The notes: generated by a model from the letters alone, not told the origin. A stretch of DNA of 64,000 bases from Flaccisagitta enflata (GCA_965153355.1 OZ231126.1:37448001-37512000); one strand, 5' to 3'; shown: positions 12,754-28,402, counted from the stretch's first letter. Translations and numbers: made by a program.

Positions 12754-12938
12754 TTTTTAGTCGCTTGCTACGCGACTCTACACCCCGCTTTGTTGGTCCG
12801 TCCGTCACACTTTACTTTTTCGGCGTTAATGAGGTTTTTGGCCTTACTGCTCCTGCCCAAATGCTCCACTGACCTCAATTATGGCCTCTGCCCTCCCGCA
12901 CGCGCACGCGACTGGGGTAGCCGTGTATCCGGCCTTGT
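12754..12938 (+). mobile_element. Short Helentron/DINE-1-like interspersed element, family A (representative copy)
   Basis: 5' poly-T plus palindrome AGTCGC..GCGACT, a short (GTCC)n, 3' sub-TIR CACGCGACT and terminal hairpin GCCGTGTATCCGGC-CTTGTT. Related copies at ~8220-8390, 16441-16578, 24899-25105, 26418-26625, 27813-28150(-), 32885-33090, 34624-34991, 39560-39903(-), 43462-43640, 52186-52453(-) and 54055-54190(-). Confidence 0.8.
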
Positions 12939-13315
12939 TTTCTTATAAAGAGCATCAAGGCTTGAAAAAGCTCAAAAATAGGGAACATTGTAGTCAGGTG
13001 TGCCAAATAGGGGTGATGACCAATTTCAACTTCGTAACACTAACTCGAGATGGGGATATTGATTTCAAGACAAACGCCGTTTTCCTTTTTTCAAAATTAG
13101 ATCGGCAACTGATTTTTTCTTGCGATCCAAACCAAATGATATATCCGCACTCTTGTTTGCCAAGAGACAGATAATTTACTCAAAGAAATACAATTCTACA
13201 GTTTAAGATTTTTGATGTGACAGAACTAAGTATGCTGCTGTTCATTTTGAAAAGTGATTCGAACTCCTCAACAAACACAGCATATGAAATAAACTCAATT
13301 ACATGATTACAAATA

Positions 13316-13803
13316 CACGCACTTGGCTGAGTAAAAACCTTCTTTATAACAACGTCGAGGCTCAAAATGTCAACAGAAAAGAACATTTCTAGCAACATCG
13401 TCAGCCTCAGAAAATTAAAAATATAACAACATTTCAGCCTCAAGTCCAACCAATAACAACTTTTCTCTTAGATTTGCTATAATTTCTGTTGCATTCAATT
13501 GTAACATGTGGCGGTTTCATAGAAGAGGTGGCTTTTTCTACTTTATTTTAGTTATAACAGTATTTTGTTCCTGATTTTGAATGGTTGTTCACCTTTATTT
13601 CATTTCTTCCCTAGATCCCTGTCATTCCAGAGAAAGCAGCGAAAGTAATGATGGTACAGACATCCTAATCGATCGTTATATTAGAAGATTGATGAGAAAA
13701 AAATAACAACAGTTTAGCAACGGTTTGAGCCTCATATCGTCTTTCGAATAACAACATTGAGCCTCAGAAAAAATTAACCCGTTGTTACTCAGCCACGAGC
13801 GTG
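13316..13803. mobile_element. MITE, TA-flanked (Tc1/mariner-pogo-like)
   Basis: TA|CACGCACTTGGCTGAGTAA ... TTACTCAGCCACGAGCGTG|TA imperfect TIRs. Confidence 0.7.
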
Positions 13804-14059
13804 TATATGCAAATTAGGGGCAAAACCGGGGTTTTGGAGAAAACAGAAGATAAGTGAAATCAGAAAAAAGAAAAACGGTGAGGGCCTTTAAATTAGTAGC
13901 CCCGTGTTGCCCTGGTGTGATATCTCCATAGCATAATGTTTTGAATTTTGGCACACCCGAACAATGTGGTTTTATTGGTAGCTAGCTCTATATCTTTTGA
14001 AGATTTCAGCCAAAAAATAAAGTTCCTTAAAAAAAGAAAAAAAAAAGAAAAAGTGTATA

Positions 14060-14480
14060 CACGCCGTATTTTTTATAAGAACACAGTTTTTTGAAGTGAG
14101 GCTCAGCGTTCTTATTTTTTGCCAATTTTCAGCCTCAAATGTTCTTAATCTGTTCTTATTTTTGTAGCATGGAAATTCTTTATCATAGTTGCTAACTAGT
14201 CATATTCAATGAAATGAATAAATTTTATACTCAATGTTTACAATTTTTGCTTATGTTAAGTCATGAAATTTATAAAAATGTAAATGATAAAAGTAATTGG
14301 TTGAATTGCTTAAGTTAGAGGTTTTTTCATAGTTTCCTCAAAAAATTATGTAAAAGCGTACTTTAAAATGTATTTGTGTGGAAATCTGAGCCTGGGCATG
14401 TTTTTAAGATGTTCTTATTTTTTCACCATATCTGAGGCTGATGTTCTTATAAACAGTGTTCTTAGACAAAATACAGCGTG
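14060..14480. mobile_element. MITE, TA-flanked (Tc1/mariner-pogo-like)
   Basis: TA|CACGCCGTATTTT..TAAGAACAC ... GTGTTCTTA..AAAATACAGCGTG|TA imperfect TIRs. Confidence 0.7.
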
Positions 14481-14985
14481 TAGTCAAGTTATGTAGATTC
14501 TCAAAAATAGGACCAATTCAGGAACTCAGTGCTTAAAGCGCAACATGTCAGATTAAAATCTCGCGGCATTTTGGTTCCATACAAATAAAAAATACATTCC
14601 AGCCGCAGCCGTTCTTCTCATCGCCATCTCGGTCGTCCCGGGCGTCATTACAAACTTCAGTCGCCGTCATCGTCGTCAAAGAACACCTTCTCTCCATCAT
14701 TCGATCGTTAATTTTTGTTCATTTATGCAGTCGTCACTTGCTTCGTTGCCGCCGCAACGCGCGCTGCCCAACAAAGCGCATCTGCCTTTTCTCCAGTCTA
14801 TCTTTTCCTTTTACTCTCTCTCTCTCTCAAACTCTTCTGTAATGCCAGGCGACCAATCACGCCACGCGCTTCAGACATGCGTCGGCCCGACCGCCGATAA
14901 GACGGCTACGGACACGTACGTCATCCTGTTCATGTAAAGAAGGATCTCTCTCTCAATCTCTGAGAATGAGAGAATGAGATGTGAT

Positions 14986-15091
<106 letters not shown>

Positions 15092-15109
15092 TTTTAGAAC
15101 AAAAGAGCA

Positions 15110-15280
15110 AGATTGACATCATTGGATGAGTCGCGTCAGGAATTACAGATGACTGGCTTTTGTCGCTGACCATCACTTCCGCTTCCTAATTTTTTAACAT
15201 CTCAACGGAAATACTAAAGCTTAAGAAACGGTAACGACTTACTTCCGGGCGCAAAGAAATGTATTTACGGTTGTAACAAG
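15110..15280 (+). promoter_or_regulatory. Probable promoter and non-coding first exon of the Maf gene
   Basis: Reverse CCAAT (ATTGG 15121), two ETS-type ACTTCCG sites (~15175, ~15241) and local CpG enrichment. A donor AAG|GTAACT at 15280/15281 pairs with a strong acceptor ccccctctctccag| at 15960, 18 nt before the ATG. Confidence 0.5.
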
Positions 15281-15978
15281 GTAACTTCGCAAAAATTCCG
15301 CCAGGTTCGCATGGTCGAGGATTTCTTTCTTTCGTTTTTCATCGTCAAATTCTTGCTTCGTCATCGTCGATTCGTCGTTGTTTTCGACGTAATTCGTCGC
15401 TCGGGATAACCGTCATATGATCCGCAAAAACAAAGTCAAGGAATTAATACAGAATCGAATAATTATCATGTCATTTGAAGCTTTTAATCCTATGTGATAA
15501 CTGAGACTACATTCTCCAAGGAAGAAGCATTGGATAGCATATTTTCCTCAATTGAAGGTTTTTTAAAAAGGTACTTGATGATTACCCAATTATACAAGTA
15601 TACTCAAACCTTATGAAATTACAATTGTTACAGGAGAGACTCCATCATAATTGAGTTAAATCTTAACGCATTTACTACATTACTCAATAATAGTAAGTCT
15701 ATTTGCCTCTATTGATATCCGTGCTTACTCTTAGAGGCGTGCAATTGCAGTGGTTGTAGACGTAGACTGACGGACCAACTATCACGGATCGAAAAAAAAG
15801 ACAAAAACGCCATGCGAGAGGTTGATATGTAGTCAGAGAGAGAAACATCATGATAAAAATACTGACGATTATAACAGTTAAGAGGAGCTCCATCCGTCAT
15901 ATTCTCCACTGACTACGACACAGTCCGTCACTTCATTTCTCCCCCCCCCCCTCTCTCCAGTCCTACCCGAACAGCGCC

Positions 15979-16857
15979 ATGAAGCGTCATCAAACGTCGA
16001 CCATCTTCTCGCCCGTGGACGCCTCGGACGCCCCAAGTTCCTCGTCCACTTTACCCTCACACATCAACGACGATTTTGAGGAAGAAGAAGAGGAAGGAGA
16101 AGACGCGAAAATGGCGAAGAAGAGGAAGATCAAGGACATTGAAGTTGCAGATCCAGAATTGGAAACTCTTCAGGTGCAAATAAGACTAGGCTAGGCCTCT
16201 AGAAAGGATGACACGACTTGTAGACATTCACGCATGAATTTTTTCATTTATTCGTTCACTAATTCGTTGAATCATTCCATAATTCCATTAATCTTTCATT
16301 CACTCATTCATTCATTCATTTCTCATTCATTCATTCATGTATTTATTCATTCATTTATTCATTCATTCATTCATTCATTCATTCATTCATTCATTCATTC
16401 ATTCATTCATTCATTTATCCATTCATGCACAATCTGAATTTTTAGTTGACACGCAACTCTATAAGAGGCTTTGTCCGTCCGTCCGTCCATGGTGATCGAG
16501 ATGGAAAATGTAAAAACGCGCATTTCCGCCCCTGCTCACCCTTCCGCAAATGGCATTGGCCGTGTATCCGGCCTTGCTGTATTGCTTGTCTAGCTTTCTA
16601 TATAATGGACAAAGTCAAGTTCCTTCATGCCCTTTTCCAGCGGGTAGGCGTTACGGTGGAGGAATTGACGACGTTGTCCATCGTCGAATTGAACAAAAGA
16701 CTAAACGGACTCTCAAAAGATGAGATAAACAAACTAAAACAGAAACGAAGAACTCTCAAAAATCGAGGCTACGCGCAAAACTGCAGGGAGAGCAAAGACG
16801 AGGAGGAAAAGCGGTTAAAGGTAAGGTTAGGAAATGACCATATTGACGGATAATGAT

Positions 16858-16904
<47 letters not shown>

Positions 16905-16907
16905 CGA

Positions 16908-16962
<55 letters not shown>

Positions 16963-17100
16963 AACAACAACAACGAAAACAACAACAACAACAACAACAA
17001 CAATAACAACGAAAACAACTACATTACAACAAATGTAACAACGGATATAACAACAACAACAACAACAACATCAACCACAACCACAACCACAACCACAAAC

Positions 17101-17154
<54 letters not shown>

Positions 17155-17206
17155 AAATGAACAAAAAGACCTGGAAAGACGGACGGCAACAACAACAACA
17201 ACGACC

Positions 17207-17285
<79 letters not shown>

Positions 17286-17371
17286 GCACATTAAGAACAA
17301 CAACATGCACAATGAAAAAAACGCAAAAAACCTATGAAAAGACGTATGACAACAACAACGACAACAACAGC

Positions 17372-17430
<59 letters not shown>

Positions 17431-17620
17431 AAACAACACCAATTTCAGCAACTACAACGACAACAATAAAAACAACCACATCAACAACCTCGACATGATG
17501 ATAGTGACAGCAACAAAATAACACCGACAAGAACAAAAGCAATGTGAAAATAACAACCACTTAAACATGATAATAACAACCACAACAAGATGATTTGAGC
17601 AACAGCAGGAAGATGAAATC

Positions 17621-17707
<87 letters not shown>

Positions 17708-17737
17708 CACAACAATGACAACAACAATAGCAGAAGC

Positions 17738-17822
<85 letters not shown>

Positions 17823-17858
17823 AAAAAAACAAAAAGGCACGGAAAGACGGACGGAAGC

Positions 17859-17940
<82 letters not shown>

Positions 17941-17970
17941 TCAACAACATCAACAACAACAAAAAACAGC

Positions 17971-18031
<61 letters not shown>

Positions 18032-18325
18032 GCAACAACAACAACAACAACAACAACATGCACAATGAAAAGAACGCGAAAACAAACGTATAAAAAGACG
18101 GATGACAATAACAGCAACAACAACAACAACAGAAACAACGACAACAACGACAACATCAACAGTAAAAACAACCTTATTCACAACCTCAACATGATGATAG
18201 CGACAACAACAAAATAGTACCGATGGAAACCAAACCAATGGGAAAATAACGACATGATGGTTTCAACCACAAGATGATTTGAACAACAGAAGGATGATGA
18301 AAACAACAACAACAACAACAACAAG

Positions 18326-18398
<73 letters not shown>

Positions 18399-18625
18399 GC
18401 AACAACAACAACAACAACAACAACCAAAGATCGATAGATTCGTTATTTGATTTCTCTCTGCAGGTGGAAGGCGAGCAATTGCAGCGTGAAATCGCGGCTT
18501 TAAAGACTTCCAACAAAGAAAAACGAAGAGAAGCGGAAGAATTCAAACGAAAATATGAACAATTAAAATTGTTCGCCGATCAACTGAAAGAAAAGAAGGA
18601 TAAACTAAAAGAAGAGATCAACTGA
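15979..18625 (+). CDS. maf: Maf-family bZIP transcription factor (178 aa, small-Maf-sized)
   Basis: Exons 15979-16173, 16641-16820 and 18464-18625; both introns are phase-0 GT-AG. Contains the Maf extended homology region ([28 protein letters not shown]), the basic region [15 protein letters not shown] and a zipper ending KYEQLKLFA (cf. small Maf KYEALQTFA). Confidence 0.92.
16853..18424. repeat. (CAA)n-rich compound microsatellite with a duplicated ~670-bp higher-order unit (Maf intron)
   Basis: Interspersed non-CAA spacers (GGAAAGACGGACGG; CATGCACAATGAAAA; ACATGATGATAG; CAAGATGATTTGA) occur twice, at ~17150-17620 and ~17820-18300. Confidence 0.9.
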
Positions 18626-19198
18626 AAGAAAAGAAAAGAAGGATAAACTAAAAGAAGAGATCAACTGAAAGAAAAGAAAAGAAGGATAAACTAAAAGAAG
18701 AGATCAACTGAAAGAAAAGAAAAGAAGGATAAACTAAAGGAAGAGATCAACTGAAAGAAAAGAAGGATAAACTAAAAGAAGAGATCAACTGAAAGAAAAG
18801 AAAAGAAGGATAAACTAAAAGAAGAGATCAACTGAAAGAAAAGAAAAGAAGGATAAACTAAAAGAAGAGATCAACTGAAAGAAAAGAAAAGAAGGATAAA
18901 CTAGAAGAAGAGATCAACTGAAAGAAAAGAAGGATAAACTAAAAGAAGAAATCAACTGAAAGAAAAAAAGGATGAACTAAAAGAAGAGATCAACTGAAAG
19001 AAAAAAAGGATGAACTAAAAGAAGAGATCAACTGAAAGAAAAAAAAGGATGAACTAAAAGAGGAGATCAACTGAAAGAAAAAAAGGATGAACTAAAAGAA
19101 GAGATCAACTGAAAGAAAAGAAAAGAAGGATAAACTAAAAGTAGAGATCAACTGAAAGAAAAGAAAAGAAGGATAAACTAAAGGAAGAAATCAACTGA
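18578..19198 (+). repeat. 37-43 bp purine-rich tandem repeat (~15 units) spanning the Maf stop codon and 3' UTR
   Basis: Unit GATCAACTGAAAGAAAAG(AAAAG)AAGGATAAACTAAAAGAAGA. The first unit is coding and the second supplies the TGA. Confidence 0.92.
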
Positions 19199-19950
19199 GG
19201 CTAAAAATGAACTTCTATGATATTCCACACTTTTTTTCAGGCGTCGCAATTGTATTGACTGTTGTGATTGTACACAACTGTATTGTGATTCTACATTTTT
19301 GTTGACTCTTGAGCTAGTCAGTTATTTATACAAAGCCTCTTCCTCACTCTTAAAGAAAGAAAGAAAAAGCTTATCTTAACCTAACCAATTCGAATATTAA
19401 GGTCACTTACCGAGGTGTATGGTGGTGGACAGAATTCGGACTACGGATCAACCGCATTGAGCAACATGCCTTCAACTTTTTGAATCATGGAAAAAAACTC
19501 TTGACTTAAAACAGCACCGATGAATTTTGTCTTACGTGAAATTCGATGTTTTAGATATTCTTTTTGAAGTAGGGAAATTGCGTTGATGATTTTTTTTCTC
19601 TACTTTTTATAGATGATTGCAATATAACTTCATACCGTATGACCTATCGCAACAAAGTCCTTTTGGTCATCAACCTGCGCTTCACCCGATGAAGTAAGCC
19701 ATGATTCGGAAATGTTTGAAAAGACTGAAGAACATGGACTGATGACGTGGTCCCATGTTACATGAACCAATGATGAAAAACGACGCAGATGGCAATCTCT
19801 TAATTCGACAATCTTCTTTCATGTGATCATCTCTTTTTACTCACTGACAATTGTATTGGAGTAACGAAAAAGAAATTTAAAACAAGGCTTGTGAATCGTA
19901 AAATACATTTTAGACATTTCAACAGTGACGTATAACTCGACGACAAGAAA

Positions 19951-21541
<1,591 letters not shown>

Positions 21542-22313
21542 CGCGACCGACAACAATCATAAAAGAAAAGACAAACAAACTCAAAGAACAGCGATCGACG
21601 TTTCTATCACGACTCTGGCCACTCGTCGCGTCGCGCGTGTCGTTCGGAGAGCATTTTCTGAACAACCGTCAAATCTTCTTCACTGCGCTTACGTCTCAAA
21701 TGCGAAATGAAAGAGCAACTAAGGTCGCCTGGCGTCTGGACGAGACGTCACCTTGTTTACTGTTCAGTGAGATCCCGGATAGATGGAGAGACAGGCAGTC
21801 CGAACCTCTTACCCTCTCCTAGAGTTGCGATGTTGCATCAAAAGAGGCCTAATCGGCACAAGCATGCATGTAGAAAAGATTCTTTTTTTGCTTGATCTAG
21901 TCAGTAGTTGGTAGCTGACTTAAATTGGCTACAGTATGACTGAATGAGGTGCTCTTCTCTTACCACATCAACTCCATAGGCATAGTTTGTTTGAAAAAAA
22001 AACCAAATATTTGAAAAATGATCGTCACCATTGAATTCACCATAGAATTGTACAAATAAAAAGGGAAATTACATTGTAAAAATCATAACTAAAAAACTCT
22101 AGCTCTTTATATCAGTTGACTATTGTTTAAAACTAACTTTGATATAAAACACCCTGTTTTTTTTTTTAATATTAATCATCTGACTGAGGTCGACGTCTTG
22201 AACGTCTGTTTTCCTGTAATCCCACTGCTGTGACAAAATCACGAAATAAAGTGTGGTGCAATTCTTTTCTAGTCAACTTGGTTTAATTTGCCGTTGTTCG
22301 CGTAAATGACCAG

Positions 22314-22393
<80 letters not shown>

Positions 22394-22728
22394 CAATCAG
22401 GGGGAGAGAGAGAGAGGCAGACTTAGACAGATGAGCAGACAGACATGACTTGTTGGCAAAAAAAAAAAAAGTACACAGAACAAATAGGCACATGGAATAA
22501 GGGTCAGCTACAACGGTGTAACCTGCATCAACAGCTAATGAAGGTGAGAAATCGACAATGGTTTAGAATTAACAAACCACAGTATACCTCATAGGTTTGC
22601 CTGCCGGGCGCCGGCGGTAAGAGCTATTGCTGCATTGGCATAGCACAGTACAGCACAAAAACTATGTTTCTATCAGTAAATCACCCAAATCGAAATTTAT
22701 AATTACCAATGCTGCAATGTCAGTACTT

Positions 22729-25313
22729 TTATCGCCTAAGATGCGTTTCCGTTTTGCGAGAGTGAAGTCGTGTTCTTGTTGAAGATGAGGGTTTCTCGGC
22801 CACTTGGACCGACAAGGGAAGTAGTTCTGGCGCGGTTGCTTTGCGGCGATGACGATTAGTTTGGCCGGAGGATGCGCGCGCTCTGGCCTCCAGTTGCAAC
22901 GCGTCCTCGACAGTGACATTTCGGGTCTTATGGTTGGTCGGTCTGTTTACAGCTTCCACGACAGTAGCAGCCGAACGGAGAGAGGGAGGAGGAAGCGCGG
23001 CTGAACACGACGTCATGTTGTGAATTTGAGCTTCGACATGGTGCACTTCACGATGCATATCGCGATCAACATTACGATGCACATCGAAATGCGTATCACG
23101 ACGCGAAGGTAATTGTGTTGAGTCTTTTCTCTTCTTCCCAAGTCGACGACGGATGTCGTTGTCGTTGTCAATTTCCTCGGGCATCGTGAGAATCGGATAA
23201 AAGGATTCCTTGGTAACCGTCGAAATGGAAACTAGGTCTTCATCGGGCACCGTGAGAATCGGAGGAAGAGCGTTCTTGGTTACGGTTAAAACGCGGGGGT
23301 ACAATTTGCTGGAAGGTCCATCATTGGGAAATTCCGCGGCTTGTTGTACGAGACCGACGTTTGACCCCAATTGTGTGACAGACACTCGTGAGTGGCGCGG
23401 GGTGACGTCGATGCTTCCATGCGAAGTCAATTGCGTGGCTGAGGCGCGTGGATGACATGGCGCCATGTCACTATCAGTGGGACTTCGTGATTGGCGCAGC
23501 GCCACTTTGCCATCGCCGCGTGGCGTCCACTGCGTGGCGGAAGCCCTCGAATGGCGTGGCGTCACGACGGCGTTAGGCAATTCTTGCAGTGGAGGATGTT
23601 CCATGGGAATCAACCGCGTTTCCGTCGGTCGATGAGTGTTAACATTGGTGGGTCTGCAAGTTTTGGAGAAAACTAGTGTCTATACTTTGCGTTCATTATA
23701 CTTCAGGCCAGGGTGGGGGTATTGAAGTCCTAGGTCTCAGAAACCTATGTAATTCTACGAACTACCCCCATTCATTATAATAAAAAGATATACCAAGTTT
23801 TATGACCTTCTGTCAAGTTCCTGATAGGGCCGCTAACCCCCTCTAATCATCATAGGATTCAATGGGAGCAAATTTTTGTAAATCTTTTTGCCATTATAAA
23901 AGGGGGGGGGGGTGGTGGCCCTACCATGGACTTGTCAGATGGTCATGAACTTTGGCAAATCTTACTACAGTATGATTTTTTTTAATGCAACATAAGAAAC
24001 CTATATATCTCCGCTCCTGAGCATCTTAGCAAGATGCGGATTGCACTATTGGATATAGCATGAAAAACTATTTTGTCTATATTTATATTGACATCATGAT
24101 GTATCATCCCATATGTCTTCCACAATGCAAGTAAAAACGTTGACATCTCTAACATCAAGAAATTGGCTGTCTGATTCTCCCTCCAAAAACAATGAGGAGG
24201 TTCAGTTGATCAGATAATTAGAAATCATGGGGCATCCGTGTGATTTTATGGATAGACTTCGGAAAATACTTGTATCATGATTCAGTTGGCCACATGATCA
24301 CCAATTATTTTATCAACTGACCTTCCTCATCTTTTTTAGAAGGAGAATCAGACAGCCAATTTCGAGATATAAAAATGTCAATGTTTTTACTGGCTTGGTG
24401 ATAGAGATACGTCCTATTGCATCATGATATCAGAAAAAAACATAGAAAAAACAGTTTTTCGTGCTCAATCCAATGATGCAATCCGCATCTTGCTACGATG
24501 CTCAAGAGAGGAGATATATAGGTTACTTATGTTGCATTCCAAAAAAATCATACTGTATTATCATGAATGGGGGCAGTTTGTAGAATACCATAAGTTTACG
24601 ACACCTATGACCTCCCAACCCCCACCCTGTTATACATTCAGTCCCCAAAGATCATTCCTTATAAAGTTGATGAACTTGATGATCAAACATTTAGACTTAG
24701 GAACGCTCTCTTTGCCGTAACGATTCAATATTTCTTTTTTGTTTTCTTATCATTGAGACACGCGACGCATGTTTGTTCAACGCTTAAAGAAATTTGACAA
24801 TGCTTAATTTTTTTTTCATCAGTTTCTTTTCTCATTTCGACTCGAGTCTAGTCTCAATCAACATATTCATATCCGTGTGACTATGTCTTTCCTCTTTCCT
24901 AGTCGCATGCATGCGACTCTATAACCCGCTATGTCGGACGATCGGTTGGTCCATCGGTCGGACGGTCCATCAGTCGCCGTTTGCTTTTTCGGCGTTAACG
25001 GGCCATTTTTGCATTACTGCTCCAGCTCAAATGCTTGGGTTAGCCTTTTTTATCGCTGCCCCTGCCCACCCACACAAGACTTTGGTAGCCGTGTATCCGA
25101 CTGTGTTAAACTTAATAAGCGTCACACGCACGAAGTACATTGGTGCGTCAAAAGAGATGCATACTCACAAGAAACAACCGCATATAGTCAGAGAGACAAA
25201 CCGTAAGATTAACGACGCACACTGATATCATTTCTGTTTGCCCGTCTTGCAGTCTCATTTCTTTCTGTCTTTCAGTCTGTCAGAGTGAATTTGTATATTT
25301 GTTTGCATACGTG

Positions 25314-25409
<96 letters not shown>

Positions 25410-27800
25410 GAGCCGTAAATATACTCTCTCTCTTTCACACTCACAGAACACACACAGTACACACACGTCTCACCTACACAAGCACATATAGAAAACTCAA
25501 ATCATCTCTCTGACGCCTTTTTTAAGAGGGAGGGATGTTTTTTCGTGCAGCGGGGGTCGAAAGCGTTATAGAGGGGGTTTGGTAAAGAATTCAGATGACA
25601 AAGTGACTGACACATTTACTCAGCCTCGGGGCCTAGATTGAGTTTTGAATGAAAACATTCCAAGAACTTGCATCAGACCGGAATTTCCGTTATAAAACAA
25701 GGTCGACAGAGAAGACTTGATGCCCATATCTGTCGCTCCATCATGATCATGTAATGATTGGTCTTGCTGTCTGTTCGACTTTATCTATCTGTCCCTCTCT
25801 CAAGAATCACTGTCTTCTTTCTGTATGTCTCTCTCGTCTTTCTCGTTGCCCCAAGATTTGTTGTATTGTTCTTATTTTCTCGACGAATCACCCATATCCT
25901 TGCGCTAAAATTGCATATGCAAAATTGAATGGATGACTACGTAGCAGACGTTTAATGGGAATGCTAAGGTTTCTGCACAAATGATTCAAATAATTGACCT
26001 TTTTCGGCCCATAGTGCAGTTGCATCCCCGAAGTCCTAAGATTAGTCACCAGGTCGGACTAGTCTAGTCTGTCCTACGCGTCGCTCGGTGATATATTTTA
26101 GGGCTATATCTTTGGGCAGCCGGCAGCGGTCCCAAAGTATATATCCTTCCCCCTCCAATCTCACGCCCAAAATTGGTTTGTATTCTATTCTCTCTAACCT
26201 GAAATATGCTCTGTAATGGCTCTAATTTGCCCTCTAATTTGCCCTCAAATTTGATCGTTCAAGCTTTATTTCAGGCCTAAAATTTATTGTTAGGCCTCGA
26301 ATATGCTTTTTGGGGCCACTGCCCTCCTGTTCTTCCACTTCCTCAACTGATCATTGCGAGAAGGGCATCGGGTACCGCTGACTATGTGCGATCCGTGGAT
26401 GATTTGTTTGTTTTTGTTTTAAGTTGCGGAATCGCAACTCTAAAACGGGCTTTGTCCGTCCATCTGTCCGTTGGTTCGTAATGATCAAGTTGAAAAGTAG
26501 AAAAACAAGCGTTTTTTATACTTTTTGTGTATGTTTGCGCGTGCGGTGGGAGTTGGGGTGTGGATTGGGATTGGATGCCCCTGCCACCTATCCACAAAGA
26601 TATTGTGACCCTGCGTCACTTGCTCTTTACCCGATATCTTTATCCTCGCTGACTTTGAGCGCGGTAGCGACGTCTGTCGTTCTCGAAATCTTCTTCCTAT
26701 TCATTTTCTTGCTCAACCTCCTCATCCGGGCGTGACTCGGCGATAAAACTTCGTTATTGGGCAGGTCGGTATTTGGAAAATGATGCCGAAACAAGGACAC
26801 TTTCCGTTTGACGGACATGTGATGGGAGGATAGGCCGTCCGCGGGTTTAGGTTGAAGAGGCTTTAGGTGAGACGTGGGCGTCGCCGCATCGCGAGTTATC
26901 GACGCTTTCGAGATGCGATACCGCGGAACCATCGCCGACAACCTCCGAGACGCTGCAATGGCCCGTCGAATGGCTTCGTTATCGATATATTCGCCACCTG
27001 CCGGGTGAAGATGCGACGATACGAGAGGACTCACAACCATGGAAGGAATGCGACGTTGACGGTGATGTGGATGTTCATGATGTTGCTGCGAAAGGTGACG
27101 ATGATGTCGTGGATGTTGTTGTTGCACCATGTAATGCGACGATGATGGGAATTGTTGCTGTTGGTGATGAAGCTGTTGCAATGATGAGCGAGGATGTGGA
27201 AGTTGTTGTTGAATGAAAGTCCTGGTTTTCTGCTGAGAGGCCGTCCAACCGGCATCTTTAGGTCCCTCAGGCGATACGGTGTTGATGATGTAAGGAAATG
27301 GTACCGTGTTGTTGAAGTAGATTTGTCGGGGATGTCGTTGATCATGAATCGATGGAATAGTCTCAGTCACAGTTTCGCAGAAGAATCTGGGAAGGAAGGA
27401 TTTAATCATTTAAATATAAGTGAATGAATGAGTGAATGAATGAATGAATGAATGAAGGAGGAAATAAATGATGATTATTCGATAAACAAAAAAAATGCGC
27501 AAAAAAATGGATGAATTGAATTGATATCGAATGACAACTGATTTCAATAAAACGATATATGGCTAAAAGAATCAATAGTAGTGAAGATAAAAAGAACATT
27601 GAAGCCATTAAAGGGCATGACAGAAATTCCTTATTTTGATTGGATCAACCTTGAATCGTACCTGCAGTCCCTTAGTTCTTCTACCATTATCTGAGCCATG
27701 ATTCCAAGTTCAATGTTGCTGTAACTCAAAAGTAGACTATTCAATGCCGATCCCAATTGCCAAAGACCGGCAAAACATAGTTTCAAGTCGGTGATGCGAT
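22729..27800 (-). CDS. Uncharacterised protein, 3' exons: short helical segment plus long Q/H-rich and S/T/R-rich disordered tail (>=606 aa)
   Basis: Exons 27800-27662, 27386-26631 and 23653-22729 have good acceptors and donors. They join in frame (both introns phase 2): DRITDLKLCFAGLWQLGSALNSLLLSYSNIELGIMAQIMVEELRDCR|FFCETV...DKDIG|PTNVNTH...THLRR*. The first exon starts in phase 1; upstream exon(s) were not identified. Confidence 0.72.
23965..24560. mobile_element. Foldback/MITE-like palindromic element
   Basis: Long imperfect inverted repeat: GCAACATAAG..CCTATATATCTCC..GAGCATC..AGCAAGATGCGGATTGCA (23987-24045) against its reverse complement at 24476-24536. The inner arms also pair (24160-24220 with 24300-24362). 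Confidence 0.7.
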
Positions 27801-28236
27801 CTGCCATAGAAAAACAAGGTCGGATACACGCTACCCCAGTCGCGTCGAGTTCGGGAGGGCAGGGGTAGTGTCCAAGGTTATTAGAGCATTTGGGCTGGAG
27901 CAGTGAGGCAAAAGACCGAACGAACGCCAAATGAGTAAAAACAAGGCCAGACAGACGGCAAGATAGTCGCGGACGGTTGGGCAGGGGCCCTAATGTGAAA
28001 ACCAATCTCAATTCAAAAAAAGTTAGGGACAGACGGACGGACAGATGGACCGACACGGCAAGATGTAGAGTCGCGTGTCCGCGACTAAAAATGGGACCGA
28101 AGGACGGACGGACAAACCGGGTTGTAGAGTCGCATGTGCGCGACTGAAAATAAGGCCGAAAAGTACTTCGTAGTCGCAAGTCTCTCCGTCTGTCTTTGTG
28201 ACTGTTTGTCTGAGTGTGTCTGTAGCTGTGTGTGCG

Positions 28237-28402
<166 letters not shown>

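Noticed and set aside
14599-14937. ~113-codon open + frame in a CpG-rich patch upstream of Maf
   Set aside because: No recognisable protein features or partner exons; more likely promoter/UTR sequence.
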